In this document: positions 1-9,385 of the stretch, in pieces
Position numbering within the stretch: the stretch's first letter is position 1
Layout: every line of letters begins with the position of its first letter
From: Citricoccus sp.
GTDB lineage: Bacteria > Actinomycetota > Actinomycetes > Actinomycetales > Micrococcaceae
Direction: 5' to 3'
DNA: 64,000 nucleotides
Assembly (NCBI RefSeq): GCF_032154715.1
Contig: NZ_JALDXU010000006.1
Location: forward strand, 2,399-66,398
Position numbers and translations under genes: made by a program
Notes under the pieces: generated by a model
Told to the model about the DNA's origin: nothing
Databases searched by the model: none
The model's input: only the letters and a program-made list of their open reading frames with translations

Positions 1-254
1 CCCCGTCCGCCTCTGGCATCTCCGTGCCCGGCGAGCTGTGGCGCCTCCCCCTGACCTCTCTGGCGCGGTTGTTGACTGGCCTGCCGGCGCCGATGGGGCT
101 GGGGCAGGTCTCCCTCTCGGACGGACGCACCGTCTGCGGATTCATCGGCCAGGTCCAGGGTGTGGAACGGGACATCACCTCGTTCGGCGGCTGGCGTGCC
201 TACCTGGACGCTGCCGGTGAGGCCGCGCCCGCCCCCCTCCCGGTCCACGCCTAG
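1..254 (+). CDS. allophanate hydrolase, C-terminal end (5' part lies outside the window)
   Basis: The ORF runs off the left edge. The tail GELWRLP...GRTVCGFIG...DITSFGGWRAYL resembles the conserved C-terminal domain of allophanate hydrolases. Confidence 0.6.
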   Translation, partial: PSASGISVPGELWRLPLTSLARLLTGLPAPMGLGQVSLSDGRTVCGFIGQVQGVERDITSFGGWRAYLDAAGEAAPAPLPVHA

Positions 255-321
255 CCCCTCCATAGCGTTCCTCTCTACTCGCCCCTCTCCGTCCAACCCC
301 CTCCAAGGAGCTGCACCCACC

Positions 322-1287
322 ATGCCGAACACCCGCCTCACCCGTACCCTGTCCCTCGCCGCCGTCAGTGGTCTGGTAGCCGCCTCGATGGTTGCCTGCG
401 CACCCGCGGAGGGAGCCGGGGACACCATCACCGTGGGCACCCTCCGAGCCCAACCACACCTGTACACCCCGTACTTCTACGATCAGTTCGCACCGGAGGG
501 CAAGAGCTTCGAGATCGTCCTGTTCGACTCCTCCTCGGACATCAAGAACGCCGTGGTCTCCGGATCCATTGATCTGGGCGTCACCGGCGCACCGTCTGTT
601 CTCGCCGGATTGGCTGATGGCCAGGACGTCAAGATCATCGCCTCCTCGGCCGACGGCGGCTCCCGCATCGTCGGGGCTCCGGACATCACGGATCCGCAGG
701 ACCTGGCCGGCAAGACCATCGGTTACCCCATGGGTGCCTCACAGGAGATCCTGCTCAAGCTCACGCTCGAGAACCTGGGGATTGACCCGGACAACGACGT
801 CACCCTGGTGAACCTGCCGTTCTCCGAAATGGCGAATGCCTATACCTCGGGTCAGATCGATGCCATGTCCTCAGCCGAGATCGGCCCATCGGTGGCCATG
901 GACGCCGGAGCTGTTGACATCGTGTCTCCCTATGACACCCCGGTGGGAGAGGTCAACATCGTGCTGGCCGCCACCGGCGAGTTCGTGGCCGAGGAGCCGG
1001 ACCTCGCCCAGGAGGTCGTGGACACCCACATCCAGGCCTCGGAGTACATGGCGGAGAACCCCGCGGAATGGTCAGCGGGCCTCGTGGAGGACTTCGGCAT
1101 GGATGCCGCCGTGGCCGACCTCGCGATTCAGAACGTCACGCCCCGGTGGGAACTCGATGACGACTATCAGGCGCAGGTCGCCGCCCTGGCCGAACAGATG
1201 CTGGCCTTCGGGCAGATCAGCGAGGGCGTCGATACCTCGGCCGCCCTCGACCCCACCTTCGTTGATGCCTCCACCGTCAACGACTAA
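322..1287 (+). CDS. ABC transporter substrate-binding lipoprotein (NMT1/SsuA/TauA-like; nitrate/sulfonate/bicarbonate family)
   Basis: An AAGGAG sits about 11 nt upstream of the ATG at 322. The N-terminus has a signal peptide with a lipobox-like LVAASMVAC. I chose the internal start of track ORF 160..1287. Confidence 0.8.
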   Translation: MPNTRLTRTLSLAAVSGLVAASMVACAPAEGAGDTITVGTLRAQPHLYTPYFYDQFAPEGKSFEIVLFDSSSDIKNAVVSGSIDLGVTGAPSVLAGLADGQDVKIIASSADGGSRIVGAPDITDPQDLAGKTIGYPMGASQEILLKLTLENLGIDPDNDVTLVNLPFSEMANAYTSGQIDAMSSAEIGPSVAMDAGAVDIVSPYDTPVGEVNIVLAATGEFVAEEPDLAQEVVDTHIQASEYMAENPAEWSAGLVEDFGMDAAVADLAIQNVTPRWELDDDYQAQVAALAEQMLAFGQISEGVDTSAALDPTFVDASTVND

Positions 1288-1313
1288 AACGAGCACTGAT
1301 CAAAGGAGGACCC

Positions 1314-2246
1314 ATGACCACTCCAGTCCCGACGACCTCCGCGCGTACCGCCGGTGATGTCGCCTCAGCCCCCGCCACCGCCCCGCCCCCTGGGGGCACC
1401 TCCACGAGAGGAGCAGCCTCCAGGCAGCCATCCACGGCCAGCCGATCCGGCACGGGCCGCGCCTGGCTACTGGCCATCCCCGTCCCCATCGTCCTCCTGA
1501 TCCTGTGGACCCTGGGCGTCCAGGGCGAGTGGATCCTTCCCTTCGGCATCAAGATGGCCTTCCTGCCCACGCCCATGGACGTCGGCGCACGGCTGTGGGA
1601 CTTCGCCTTCGGCGGGGTCATGAATGACGCCTTCAGCGGCACCCTGTGGGCCCACCTGTGGGCTTCTACCCTGCGCGTCCTGCAGGGCTTCGGCCTGGCC
1701 ACCGCCCTCGCTGTTCCCCTCGGTGTGGTGATGGGCCGGTCCAAGACCGTCTTCCGGATGCTGGAACCGACCATCAATCTCATCCGACCGATCCCGGTCA
1801 CCGCGTGGGCTCCTCTCACCTTGCTGATCATCGGGTTCGGGGATCGGTCCACGGTGTTCCTGGTCTTCCTCGCGGCGTTCTTCCCACTGTTGCTGAACAC
1901 CATCACCGGGGTCCAGCAGGTGCCGGAACGGTTGCTGGAGGCGTCCTCCATGCTGGGTACCCCCACCAGCCAGGCCCTCTACAAGGTGGTCCTGCCGGCC
2001 GCCATCCCCAGCATCGTCAGCGGCATGAGGGTGGCGCTGGGTCTGGCATGGGTCATCCTCGTGGTCGGAGAGACCGTCGGTATCACCACCGGACTGGGCG
2101 CTGCCATCACCCAGGCCCAGGAGCAGTCCCGCACGGACCTGATCATCGCCGGGATGATCGTCATCGGCCTGGCCGGCTTCGCAGCCGATCGCCTGCTGAC
2201 CCTGGCCGTCCGCCTCGTGGTCGGCCGCCGCCCCCTCGCCACGTAG
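1314..2246 (+). CDS. ABC transporter permease (SsuC/TauC-like)
   Basis: A GGAGGA RBS precedes the ATG. The product is a multi-TM protein with a BPD-transporter-like core. It lies in an operon with the flanking SBP and ATPase genes. Confidence 0.85.
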   Translation: MTTPVPTTSARTAGDVASAPATAPPPGGTSTRGAASRQPSTASRSGTGRAWLLAIPVPIVLLILWTLGVQGEWILPFGIKMAFLPTPMDVGARLWDFAFGGVMNDAFSGTLWAHLWASTLRVLQGFGLATALAVPLGVVMGRSKTVFRMLEPTINLIRPIPVTAWAPLTLLIIGFGDRSTVFLVFLAAFFPLLLNTITGVQQVPERLLEASSMLGTPTSQALYKVVLPAAIPSIVSGMRVALGLAWVILVVGETVGITTGLGAAITQAQEQSRTDLIIAGMIVIGLAGFAADRLLTLAVRLVVGRRPLAT

Positions 2247-2262
2247 AACCAGGAGAAATCAC

Positions 2263-3063
2263 ATGAGCATGACACCTCTGGGCACCGCCGTCGACGGCAC
2301 GGTGGTCCTCACCCATCTCGGCAAGCACTTCCCCGGCGCTCCCCTGCCGGCCGTGGCAGACGTCAACCTGGACATCCACAGCGGCGAGTTCGTGTGCATC
2401 GTCGGAGCCAGCGGCTGCGGGAAGTCGACGGTCCTGCGCATGGTGGCCGGCTTCGAGCAGCCCACGGACGGCACCGCACAGGTCTCCGGACGGGACGTCA
2501 ACGGCCCCGGCCCAGACCGTGGTGTGGTCTTCCAGGACTACGGCCTGTTCCCCTGGCTCACGGTGACGGAGAACATCGCCTACGGTCCGAGGCAGGCCCG
2601 GTTGGCCAAGGCCGACGTGCAGGACCGCACCTCCAGGGCCCTGGAGTCCGTGGGGTTGACCCGGGTCGCGAAGTCCTTTCCACACCAGCTCTCGGGTGGC
2701 ATGCAGCAGCGAGTGGCCATCGCCCGGGTCCTCGCCAACCGACCGGCCGTGATGCTGATGGACGAACCGTTCGGCGCACTCGATGCCCTGACGAGAAGCG
2801 GGATGCAACAGGAGCTGCGACGAACCCATCTCGAGGCCGGCGTGACGATCCTGTTCGTCACCCACAGCATCGAGGAGGCCGTCTTCCTGGCGGATCGGGT
2901 CGTCGTCATGGCGGGGGGATCGTCCCATGGCAATTCCGGCCATGTCCGTGAGGTCGTCCCCATCACCCTGGGTCAGGACCGTGATCCCGCCTCCGGCGAG
3001 TTCAACGAGATCAAGCGGTACATCAACGGGCTGGTCCACGCGGGGAACGAGGTCCCGGCGTAG
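2263..3063 (+). CDS. ABC transporter ATP-binding protein (SsuB/TauB-like)
   Basis: Walker A GASGCGKST, signature LSGGMQQR and Walker B VMLMDEPF are present. An AGGAGA RBS precedes the start. Confidence 0.9.
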   Translation: MSMTPLGTAVDGTVVLTHLGKHFPGAPLPAVADVNLDIHSGEFVCIVGASGCGKSTVLRMVAGFEQPTDGTAQVSGRDVNGPGPDRGVVFQDYGLFPWLTVTENIAYGPRQARLAKADVQDRTSRALESVGLTRVAKSFPHQLSGGMQQRVAIARVLANRPAVMLMDEPFGALDALTRSGMQQELRRTHLEAGVTILFVTHSIEEAVFLADRVVVMAGGSSHGNSGHVREVVPITLGQDRDPASGEFNEIKRYINGLVHAGNEVPA

Positions 3064-3170
3064 GCTTTCCCTGGCCCCTGAATCTGACACATGTCAACCT
3101 CTTCCGCGCCCAACTTGGGAGAACCCTTCGGATCAGCGCGCGGTAGCGCCCTCACACCGCTCGGGACTTT

Positions 3171-3184
3171 TTTACAGGTGTAAA
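3171..3184. promoter_or_regulatory. candidate TetR operator, perfect 6-2-6 palindrome TTTACAGGTGTAAA
   Basis: The palindrome was read directly, about 35 nt upstream of the tetR start and just after a T-run. Confidence 0.4.
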
Positions 3185-3218
3185 CTTTGCTCTGAACTGC
3201 AGGGCAAGGGAGACATTG

Positions 3219-3902
3219 ATGAGCGATCGAGTGCAGGATGGACGGTCACTGGCACCGCTGGTGGACGCGGTCACGGCGCTGCTGGACGAGGGCGTGGACC
3301 CCCACCACCTGAGCGTCACGGACGTGGTGCAGCGCGCTCGGGTCAGCAGGCCCACCTTCTACAAGTACTTCAAGGACATCCCCTCGCTGGTGAGGGAGGT
3401 CGCTCTGCAGAGGATGGAAGCCACGTTCAGCCGTGTCCCGCAGGCGGCGCTCGGCGAATCCTGGACAGCCTTCGCCCGCGGCACGTTCATGACCCTGCTG
3501 ACAGATCTGGCAGAACACCGCCGCTTCTACCTCGCCGTGCTGGCGATCAGTCCGGCGATCGTCATGACCGACTTCATCACCTACCTGTCCCGCCGCCTGC
3601 TCACGTCCTCTCCCCTGGGCCCGGTCATCCACCGCAGGAAGGGACCGGACACTCCCCGGCAGCGGGCCGACTTCCTGGCCGCGGGGACCGTGTGGCTGGT
3701 CCAGCAGTGGTTGGCCACCTCCACCGAACCGCTGGAGGACGTCGAGGAGATGGTGGACCGCCTCTCCTCCCTCCTCCTGTCCAGCTCCGGTGCCACGGAA
3801 CAGGAGATCGCCGCGGTCCGCTCGGCATCGCCGGCTTCCACCCCCATCCCCACACACCCGCGCACGACGCCGGCCGGCACCTCCCCGGAAAGGATCGCCT
3901 GA
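3219..3902 (+). CDS. TetR/AcrR family transcriptional regulator
   Basis: The N-terminal HTH reads LSVTDVVQRARVSRPTFYKYFKDI. I prefer the ATG at 3219 (GGGAGA RBS) over the TTG at 3216. The stop overlaps the next start (ATGA). Confidence 0.85.
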   Translation: MSDRVQDGRSLAPLVDAVTALLDEGVDPHHLSVTDVVQRARVSRPTFYKYFKDIPSLVREVALQRMEATFSRVPQAALGESWTAFARGTFMTLLTDLAEHRRFYLAVLAISPAIVMTDFITYLSRRLLTSSPLGPVIHRRKGPDTPRQRADFLAAGTVWLVQQWLATSTEPLEDVEEMVDRLSSLLLSSSGATEQEIAAVRSASPASTPIPTHPRTTPAGTSPERIA

Positions 3903-6394
3903 TGGCGCCGCCACGGAACCGCAAGCCCACCTTCCAGCTCCGGAACAGCGCCGGGCCGTGGGCAGCCGCCGGCGCCCCCGACTCTTCCGCCGACGGGTCC
4001 CCACCGCAGCCCACGAAGGCCGGGGCTTCTGCGCTCCAGAAGTACGGCGCCGTGGCCTGGTTCGGTGTGATCCTGCTGGCCCTGGCCATCATCCCGTCCC
4101 TGTACTCGGGGCTGCTCACCGGTTCCAACATGGACCCGACGGGTCGCCTCGATGCGGTGCCGGCCGCCGTCGTGAACCTGGACGAGCCGGCCGCATCCCA
4201 GGGCGAGACGATCCACTTAGGTGAGGACCTGGCCGAGGAGCTGGTGCACCCGGACGAGGACACGGACAACCTGGACTGGCAGCCGATGGACGACGCCGAG
4301 GCCCAGTCGGCCCTGGAGAACGGGGACGTGCTGGCCGTGCTGACCATCCCGGAGCAGTTCTCCACGCACGCGGCCGGGTTGTCCACGGGCGAGGCGGCGG
4401 ACGCGGAGCAGTCCACTCTGCGCATGCAGACCAATGACGGCGCGAACATCATCATGGGCACCATCGCGAAGACCATCGGCGAGACCGCGTCCAGCACGGT
4501 CGCCGAGGGCATCGGCGAGGAGTACGTGAAGAACGTGCTGCTGGGGTTCACCGAGGTGCATGACGGCATGCAGGAGGCCGCCGACGGCGCCGGGCAGGTG
4601 GCCGAGGGTGCGCAGGATGCCGCGAGCGGCGCCGGTGACCTGGTGGTCGGGATCGACCAGCTGGCGGACGGCTCCGTCACCGTGGACACCGGTGCCCAGC
4701 AGCTGGCCGAGGGAGCAGCCTCCGCCGACGCCGGCAGCCAGGAACTCGCCCACGGCGCCACGTCAGTGAACGACGGCGCGCAACAGCTCAGCTCGGGGCT
4801 GGGCCAGATGCGGTCCCAGACCGAGTCCCTGCCCAGCCAGACCCAGACCCTGGCGGACGGGGCCGGGAAGGTGGCGGCCGGCGTCGGGCAATTGGACCAG
4901 GGGGTCACCGCCCTCGAGGACACTGCGGGCAGCCTCTCGGGCGGAGCCGGGCAGTTCACGGCGGGAGTGGACGAGGCCGTGGCCGGTGCGCAGCAGCTGC
5001 GGGACAGCGCGGGCGCGGTGGTGACCGGCGTGCAGCAGGTCCAGGGTGATGCGGGCGCGTTGGAGGAGAGGATCGCCAACCTGCAGGCCGCCTACGGTGC
5101 GATGACCGACGAGCAGCGCCAGGCCGCCCTCGCCGAGCTGGCGGACGGTGCGGGGCAGGTGACGGCCGGCGCCGAGCAGGCCGCGGCAGGGGCGTCCACG
5201 GTGAACGAGGGGCTCGGCGGGATCGTCGGGGATTCCTCCTCCGGCTCGGGGCTGGCCGGTCTGCAGGCCCACGTGGACCAGCTCGGCTCCGCAGCGTCCA
5301 CGGCCGCCGCCACGGTCTCCGAGGTGGCGGACAACATCCACACCCTCTCGGACGGCGCCGACCAGGTGGCCGCGGGGGCCCAGGCCCTGGCGGACAGCTC
5401 CGGCACGCTGAGGGACGGGATCTCCACGGCGGCCACCGGCGCGCAGACCCTGGCCGATGGCACCTCGCAGCTGAGCGACGGCGCCGGCCAGCTGGCCGCC
5501 CGGATGCCGGCGCTGGCCTCCGGTGCGCAAGAGCTGGCCGCGGGCAGTTCCGAGCTGTCCTCCGGACTGGCCACTGCCGATGACGGTTCGCGCGAGCTTG
5601 CCTCCGGGCTGGGGGACCTGTCCGATGGCTCCGGCCAGCTGTTCACTTCCCTGCGGGACGGGACGGCGGACGTGCCGAGCTACACGGACCAGGACGCCTC
5701 GAGCATCGGCTCCGTGGCCGCCCTGCCGGTGAGCGCGGACCTGGAACGCACCAACGAGGTCCCCTCCTACGGCTACGGCCTGGCCCCGTACTTCATGGCC
5801 CTGGCCCTGTGGGTGGGCGCGCTGGGGTACTTCCTGATGCGCCCGGCCGTCCGCGAGACCATGATCGCCGAGCGCAAGCCGCTGTGGCGGGTGCTGCTGC
5901 GCTCGGCCGCTTTGCCCGCGCTGATGGGCGTGGCGCAGTCCCTGGTGATGGTCTCGGTGCTGGTCTTCGGCCTGGACCTGACGCCGGTGAACCCCTGGGG
6001 GCTGGCAGGCTTCGCCGTGCTGACCTCGGTGACCTTCATGGCCATCAACCAGGCGCTGATCGCCTTGCTGGGCCCGCCCGGGCGCTTCTTCGCCCTGATG
6101 CTGATCGTGCTGCAGCTCTCGGCCGCCGGCGGCACCTATCCCGTCCAGACCGCACCCGCGTTCTTCCAGGCGATCCACCCCTGGCTGCCGATGACCTACG
6201 CCGTGGAGTCCTTCCGTTCCCTCATTGCCGGTGGATCCATCGGTGTGGACCACGGGATCACGGTGATGCTGATCTGGATGGGCGTCGCGGTGGCGATGCT
6301 GGTGGTGGCCGTGGCGCTCCAGGGCATCAAGGCACGCCAGGCCACCTCCGGCACGGACCGGCCCGAGGTGCGGACCGCGGTGGCCACGGCGTAG
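3902..6394 (+). CDS. YhgE/Pip domain membrane protein (phage infection protein-like)
   Basis: There is an N-terminal TM helix, then a long Ala/Gly/Leu/Gln-rich repeat region (GAQQLA.GA-type), then a C-terminal ABC-2-like multi-TM block. The 1155-aa track ORF is trimmed to the ATG that overlaps the tetR stop. Confidence 0.8.
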   Translation: MAPPRNRKPTFQLRNSAGPWAAAGAPDSSADGSPPQPTKAGASALQKYGAVAWFGVILLALAIIPSLYSGLLTGSNMDPTGRLDAVPAAVVNLDEPAASQGETIHLGEDLAEELVHPDEDTDNLDWQPMDDAEAQSALENGDVLAVLTIPEQFSTHAAGLSTGEAADAEQSTLRMQTNDGANIIMGTIAKTIGETASSTVAEGIGEEYVKNVLLGFTEVHDGMQEAADGAGQVAEGAQDAASGAGDLVVGIDQLADGSVTVDTGAQQLAEGAASADAGSQELAHGATSVNDGAQQLSSGLGQMRSQTESLPSQTQTLADGAGKVAAGVGQLDQGVTALEDTAGSLSGGAGQFTAGVDEAVAGAQQLRDSAGAVVTGVQQVQGDAGALEERIANLQAAYGAMTDEQRQAALAELADGAGQVTAGAEQAAAGASTVNEGLGGIVGDSSSGSGLAGLQAHVDQLGSAASTAAATVSEVADNIHTLSDGADQVAAGAQALADSSGTLRDGISTAATGAQTLADGTSQLSDGAGQLAARMPALASGAQELAAGSSELSSGLATADDGSRELASGLGDLSDGSGQLFTSLRDGTADVPSYTDQDASSIGSVAALPVSADLERTNEVPSYGYGLAPYFMALALWVGALGYFLMRPAVRETMIAERKPLWRVLLRSAALPALMGVAQSLVMVSVLVFGLDLTPVNPWGLAGFAVLTSVTFMAINQALIALLGPPGRFFALMLIVLQLSAAGGTYPVQTAPAFFQAIHPWLPMTYAVESFRSLIAGGSIGVDHGITVMLIWMGVAVAMLVVAVALQGIKARQATSGTDRPEVRTAVATA

Positions 6395-6401
6395 CCCGCT
6401 C

Positions 6402-7721
6402 TCAGCGGTGCCCCGCCAGGGCCGCCGTGGAGAGCGCGGGCAGCCCCAGGTGCCCGCGCAGGGTGGTGGACTCGTACTCGTTGCGGAAGACCCCCCGCCG
6501 GCGCAGCTCCGGCACCACGTGGTCCACGAAGATCTCCGCCCCGGAGGGGAAGGTGTCCGGCATGATGTTGAAACCGTCCCCGGCCCCGGCCTGGAACCAC
6601 TCCGTGAGCGTGGCCGCGATCTGCTCCGGTGTGCCGATGGCGAGCCGGTGACCACTGCGGATCCGCTGGGTGAGCTGCCGAGGTGTCAGGTTCTCCCGGC
6701 GGGCGAGGTTGAGCTGTGCCTCGAGGAAGCCGTGGCTGGTCCTCACCGAGTCACTGGGTTTCGGGAACTTCTCCCAGGGCAGGGGCCGGTCCAGGTCGAG
6801 CTCCCGAGCGTCGATGCCGAGGCGCCCGGCGATCAGACCGAGTTCCTGGTCCAGGGACAGGTACGAGTCGAGCTCGTCCGCCTTGCGGTGAGCCTCCTCC
6901 TCGGTGGAGCCGATCACGGTGGAGAGACCCGGCATGATCCTCAGGGTCTCGGGGTCGCGCCCGAAGGCCGCGGCGCGCCGCTTCATGTCCCGGGCGAAGG
7001 CGATCCCGTCCTCGAGGGTCGTCTGGGTGGTGAAGATGGCGTCGGCGTGCTTCGCACCGAGATTCCGGCCGCCCTCGGACGCGCCGGCCTGGACGATCAC
7101 CGGCCGGCCCTGTGGCGTGTGCGGGAGCGTTCCGGCCCCCTCCACGGAGAAGAACTCCCCCCGGTGCCCCACCGGGTGCACCAGGTCCTGGGTGCCGTCC
7201 CCCCGTTCCACGGCCTCCGGATCCCAGCTCCCCCAGAGCCGGGTCACCACCTCGACGAACTCGTCGGCGCGGCGGTATCGATCGGAGTGGAACGCGGCCC
7301 CGTCCTGGCCGAAGTTCCGGGCGGCCGCATCACCGGCGGTGGTGACGGCGTTCCAGGCCGCCCGGCCGCCGCTGATGTGGTCCAGGGAGGAGATCCTGCG
7401 GGCCAGGTTGTAGGGGTGGTTGTAGGACGTGGAGGCGGTGGCGATCACCCCGATCCGTTCGGTCGCCGCGGCTACGGCCGTCAGCAGGACGATGGGGTCC
7501 AGCTTCCCAGTGGGTTGGGCGGGGTCCCCCTGGAAGGCGGGGCCGTCGGCCAGGAAGACCGCATCGAGGGCGCCTCGTTCGGAGATCTTGGCGATGGTGG
7601 TGAAGTACTCGACATCCGTGGTGGCGGAGGCGGGCACCTCCCCGAACTGGCGGGCGGCCGCGTGACCGCCCAGCCCCAGGACGTTCATGCCGATACTCAT
7701 CTGTTGTGGACGGTGGGTCAT
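6402..7721 (-). CDS. LLM-class flavin-dependent monooxygenase (NtaA/SnaA/DszA family)
   Basis: The 439-aa ORF has the family-typical N-terminus (MSIGMNVLGLGGH...AFLADGPAF) and is the last gene of the sulfur operon. Its ATG overlaps the upstream stop (ATGA). Confidence 0.85.
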   Translation of the reverse strand: MTHRPQQMSIGMNVLGLGGHAAARQFGEVPASATTDVEYFTTIAKISERGALDAVFLADGPAFQGDPAQPTGKLDPIVLLTAVAAATERIGVIATASTSYNHPYNLARRISSLDHISGGRAAWNAVTTAGDAAARNFGQDGAAFHSDRYRRADEFVEVVTRLWGSWDPEAVERGDGTQDLVHPVGHRGEFFSVEGAGTLPHTPQGRPVIVQAGASEGGRNLGAKHADAIFTTQTTLEDGIAFARDMKRRAAAFGRDPETLRIMPGLSTVIGSTEEEAHRKADELDSYLSLDQELGLIAGRLGIDARELDLDRPLPWEKFPKPSDSVRTSHGFLEAQLNLARRENLTPRQLTQRIRSGHRLAIGTPEQIAATLTEWFQAGAGDGFNIMPDTFPSGAEIFVDHVVPELRRRGVFRNEYESTTLRGHLGLPALSTAALAGHR

Positions 7722-9385
7722 CGGGCATCCTCTCGGGTGGGGTGGGGCACGGCGTCGATCAGCGCGCGCGTGTAGGACTGTGTTGACTCCTCGAAGACCT
7801 GGCGGACCGGACCGGACTCCACGAGCGCACCGCGCTCGAGCACCGTGACCGTGTCGGCCACCTGCCGGATCAGGCTCAGGTCGTGGGAGATCAACAGGAA
7901 CGTCAGGCCGTACTGCTCTCGGAGGTCGAAGAGCAGGTCCACGATCTGCGCCTGGACGGTGACGTCCAGCGCGGAGGTCGGCTCGTCCAGCACGAGGACC
8001 GAGGGCGAGAGGACGAGGGCCCGGGAGATGGCCACCCGCTGGCGTTGGCCGCCGGACAGCTGGCTGGCCTTGCGCCGCCAGAGCTCGCGACCGATGCCCA
8101 CACGGTCGAGCATTCTCCGGGCCTCCTCCAGCGCCGACCGGCGATCGAGGCCGCGGATCCGTAGGGGCTCGGCCACCAGCCCCTCCACGGGGATACGGGG
8201 GTTCAGGGCGGAGAGCGGGTTCTGGTAGACGAGTTGCAGCCGTTCCGGGGAGGCGTTCACCACCGGAGGCGTCCTCTCCAGCTGCTCGCCGAACACCTCG
8301 ACCGTCCCCTGGTCGAACCCGGTCAGGCCGGCGACGATGCGAGCGATCGTGGTCTTGCCCGATCCTGATTCGCCGACCAGTGCGTGGATCTCCCCCGCCG
8401 CCACTTCGAAGCCGACGCTGTCCACGGCCCGGACGCCGGGCACGAAGGACCTGGACAGGCCGCGGACGCTGATCGCCCGCGCCGCGGGATCACGGCGGGC
8501 GGCGGACTCCTGCAGCCGGACCGCGTACTTGTCCGGGTTGAGGGCGGGCACGTCGGAGAACAGCTGGCGGGTGTACTCGGAGACAGGACGGTGCAGGACC
8601 TCATCCACCCGGCCCTGCTCAACAACGCGTCCGTGCCGGAGCACCACCACGCTGTCCGCCCGCTCCGCCGCCAGAGACAGGTCATGGGTCACGAGGATCA
8701 GTGTCAGGGAGAACTCGCGTTGCAGGGAGGTGAGCAGGTCCAGGATTCTCTTCTGCACCGTGACGTCCAGCGCGGAGGTCGGCTCGTCTGCGATCAGGAC
8801 CTGGGGCCGGCCTGCGAGGGCGCTGGCGATCAGCACCCGCTGGAGCTGACCGCCGGACAGCTCGTGCGGATAGGACCGGTAGCGGTGCGCGGCGTCGAGG
8901 ATGCCCACGTGCTCCAGCAGTTCCAGGGCCGCGTCGGCGGCCTCGGCGGAGCCCACGCCGCGGGCCTGTGCCACGGACTCCGCGATCTGTTGGCCCACGG
9001 ACATCAGGGGGTCCAGGGAACCCAGGGGATCCTGGGGGACGTAGCCGAGAACGGTACCCCGCAGCGGCCGCCACTGCCGGTCCGTCAGGGAGGTCACCTC
9101 CCGGCCGTTCAGCGTCAGCCGCCCGGCCTCGATCCTGCCGTTGTCCGGCAGCAACCCCGCCAGCGCGGAGACCACGGAGCTTTTGCCGGAGCCGGACTCG
9201 CCCACCAGGGCGACGGTCTCTCCGCGGGGGACCGCGAAGGACACGTCCTCCACGCCGGTGGTGCGTCCCTGGCGCGAGACGTACGTCAGATGCAGGCCGC
9301 TGACCTCGGCGGCGATCGGCCCCGAGGCCGCCGCTTCGTCAAGCCCCTCCACTGGGGAACTGGGCCGGGTGGTGGTGAGCGTCAT
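7718..9385 (-). CDS. ABC transporter ATP-binding protein, two fused cassettes (DppD/DppF-like)
   Basis: Two Walker A motifs (GESGSGKSS, GESGSGKTT) and two signature motifs (LSGGQLQR, LSGGQRQR) are present. The start is set at the ATG at 9385, which overlaps the upstream stop. Confidence 0.9.
   Translation of the reverse strand: MTLTTTRPSSPVEGLDEAAASGPIAAEVSGLHLTYVSRQGRTTGVEDVSFAVPRGETVALVGESGSGKSSVVSALAGLLPDNGRIEAGRLTLNGREVTSLTDRQWRPLRGTVLGYVPQDPLGSLDPLMSVGQQIAESVAQARGVGSAEAADAALELLEHVGILDAAHRYRSYPHELSGGQLQRVLIASALAGRPQVLIADEPTSALDVTVQKRILDLLTSLQREFSLTLILVTHDLSLAAERADSVVVLRHGRVVEQGRVDEVLHRPVSEYTRQLFSDVPALNPDKYAVRLQESAARRDPAARAISVRGLSRSFVPGVRAVDSVGFEVAAGEIHALVGESGSGKTTIARIVAGLTGFDQGTVEVFGEQLERTPPVVNASPERLQLVYQNPLSALNPRIPVEGLVAEPLRIRGLDRRSALEEARRMLDRVGIGRELWRRKASQLSGGQRQRVAISRALVLSPSVLVLDEPTSALDVTVQAQIVDLLFDLREQYGLTFLLISHDLSLIRQVADTVTVLERGALVESGPVRQVFEESTQSYTRALIDAVPHPTREDAR

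Noticed and set aside
2927-3901. N-terminal 325 aa of the 1155-aa track ORF 2927..6394.
   Set aside because: It overlaps the ABC ATPase 3' end and the whole TetR gene in another frame, and its composition is Arg/Pro/Gly junk. The real start is the ATG at 3902, which overlaps the tetR stop.
4560-5650. Repetitive-looking DNA that could be mistaken for a tandem repeat or CRISPR-like array.
   Set aside because: These are degenerate in-frame coding repeats (GAxQLAxGA-type) of the YhgE/Pip ectodomain. There are no regular repeat-spacer units and no cas genes.
3625-6655. Very long antisense ORFs opposite the YhgE/Pip gene (3625..5079 of 484 aa, 4763..6655 of 630 aa).
   Set aside because: This is the typical high-GC artefact. 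The products are Arg/Pro/Gly/Ala-rich with no motifs, and the opposite strand encodes a recognisable membrane protein with sensible start and stop coupling.
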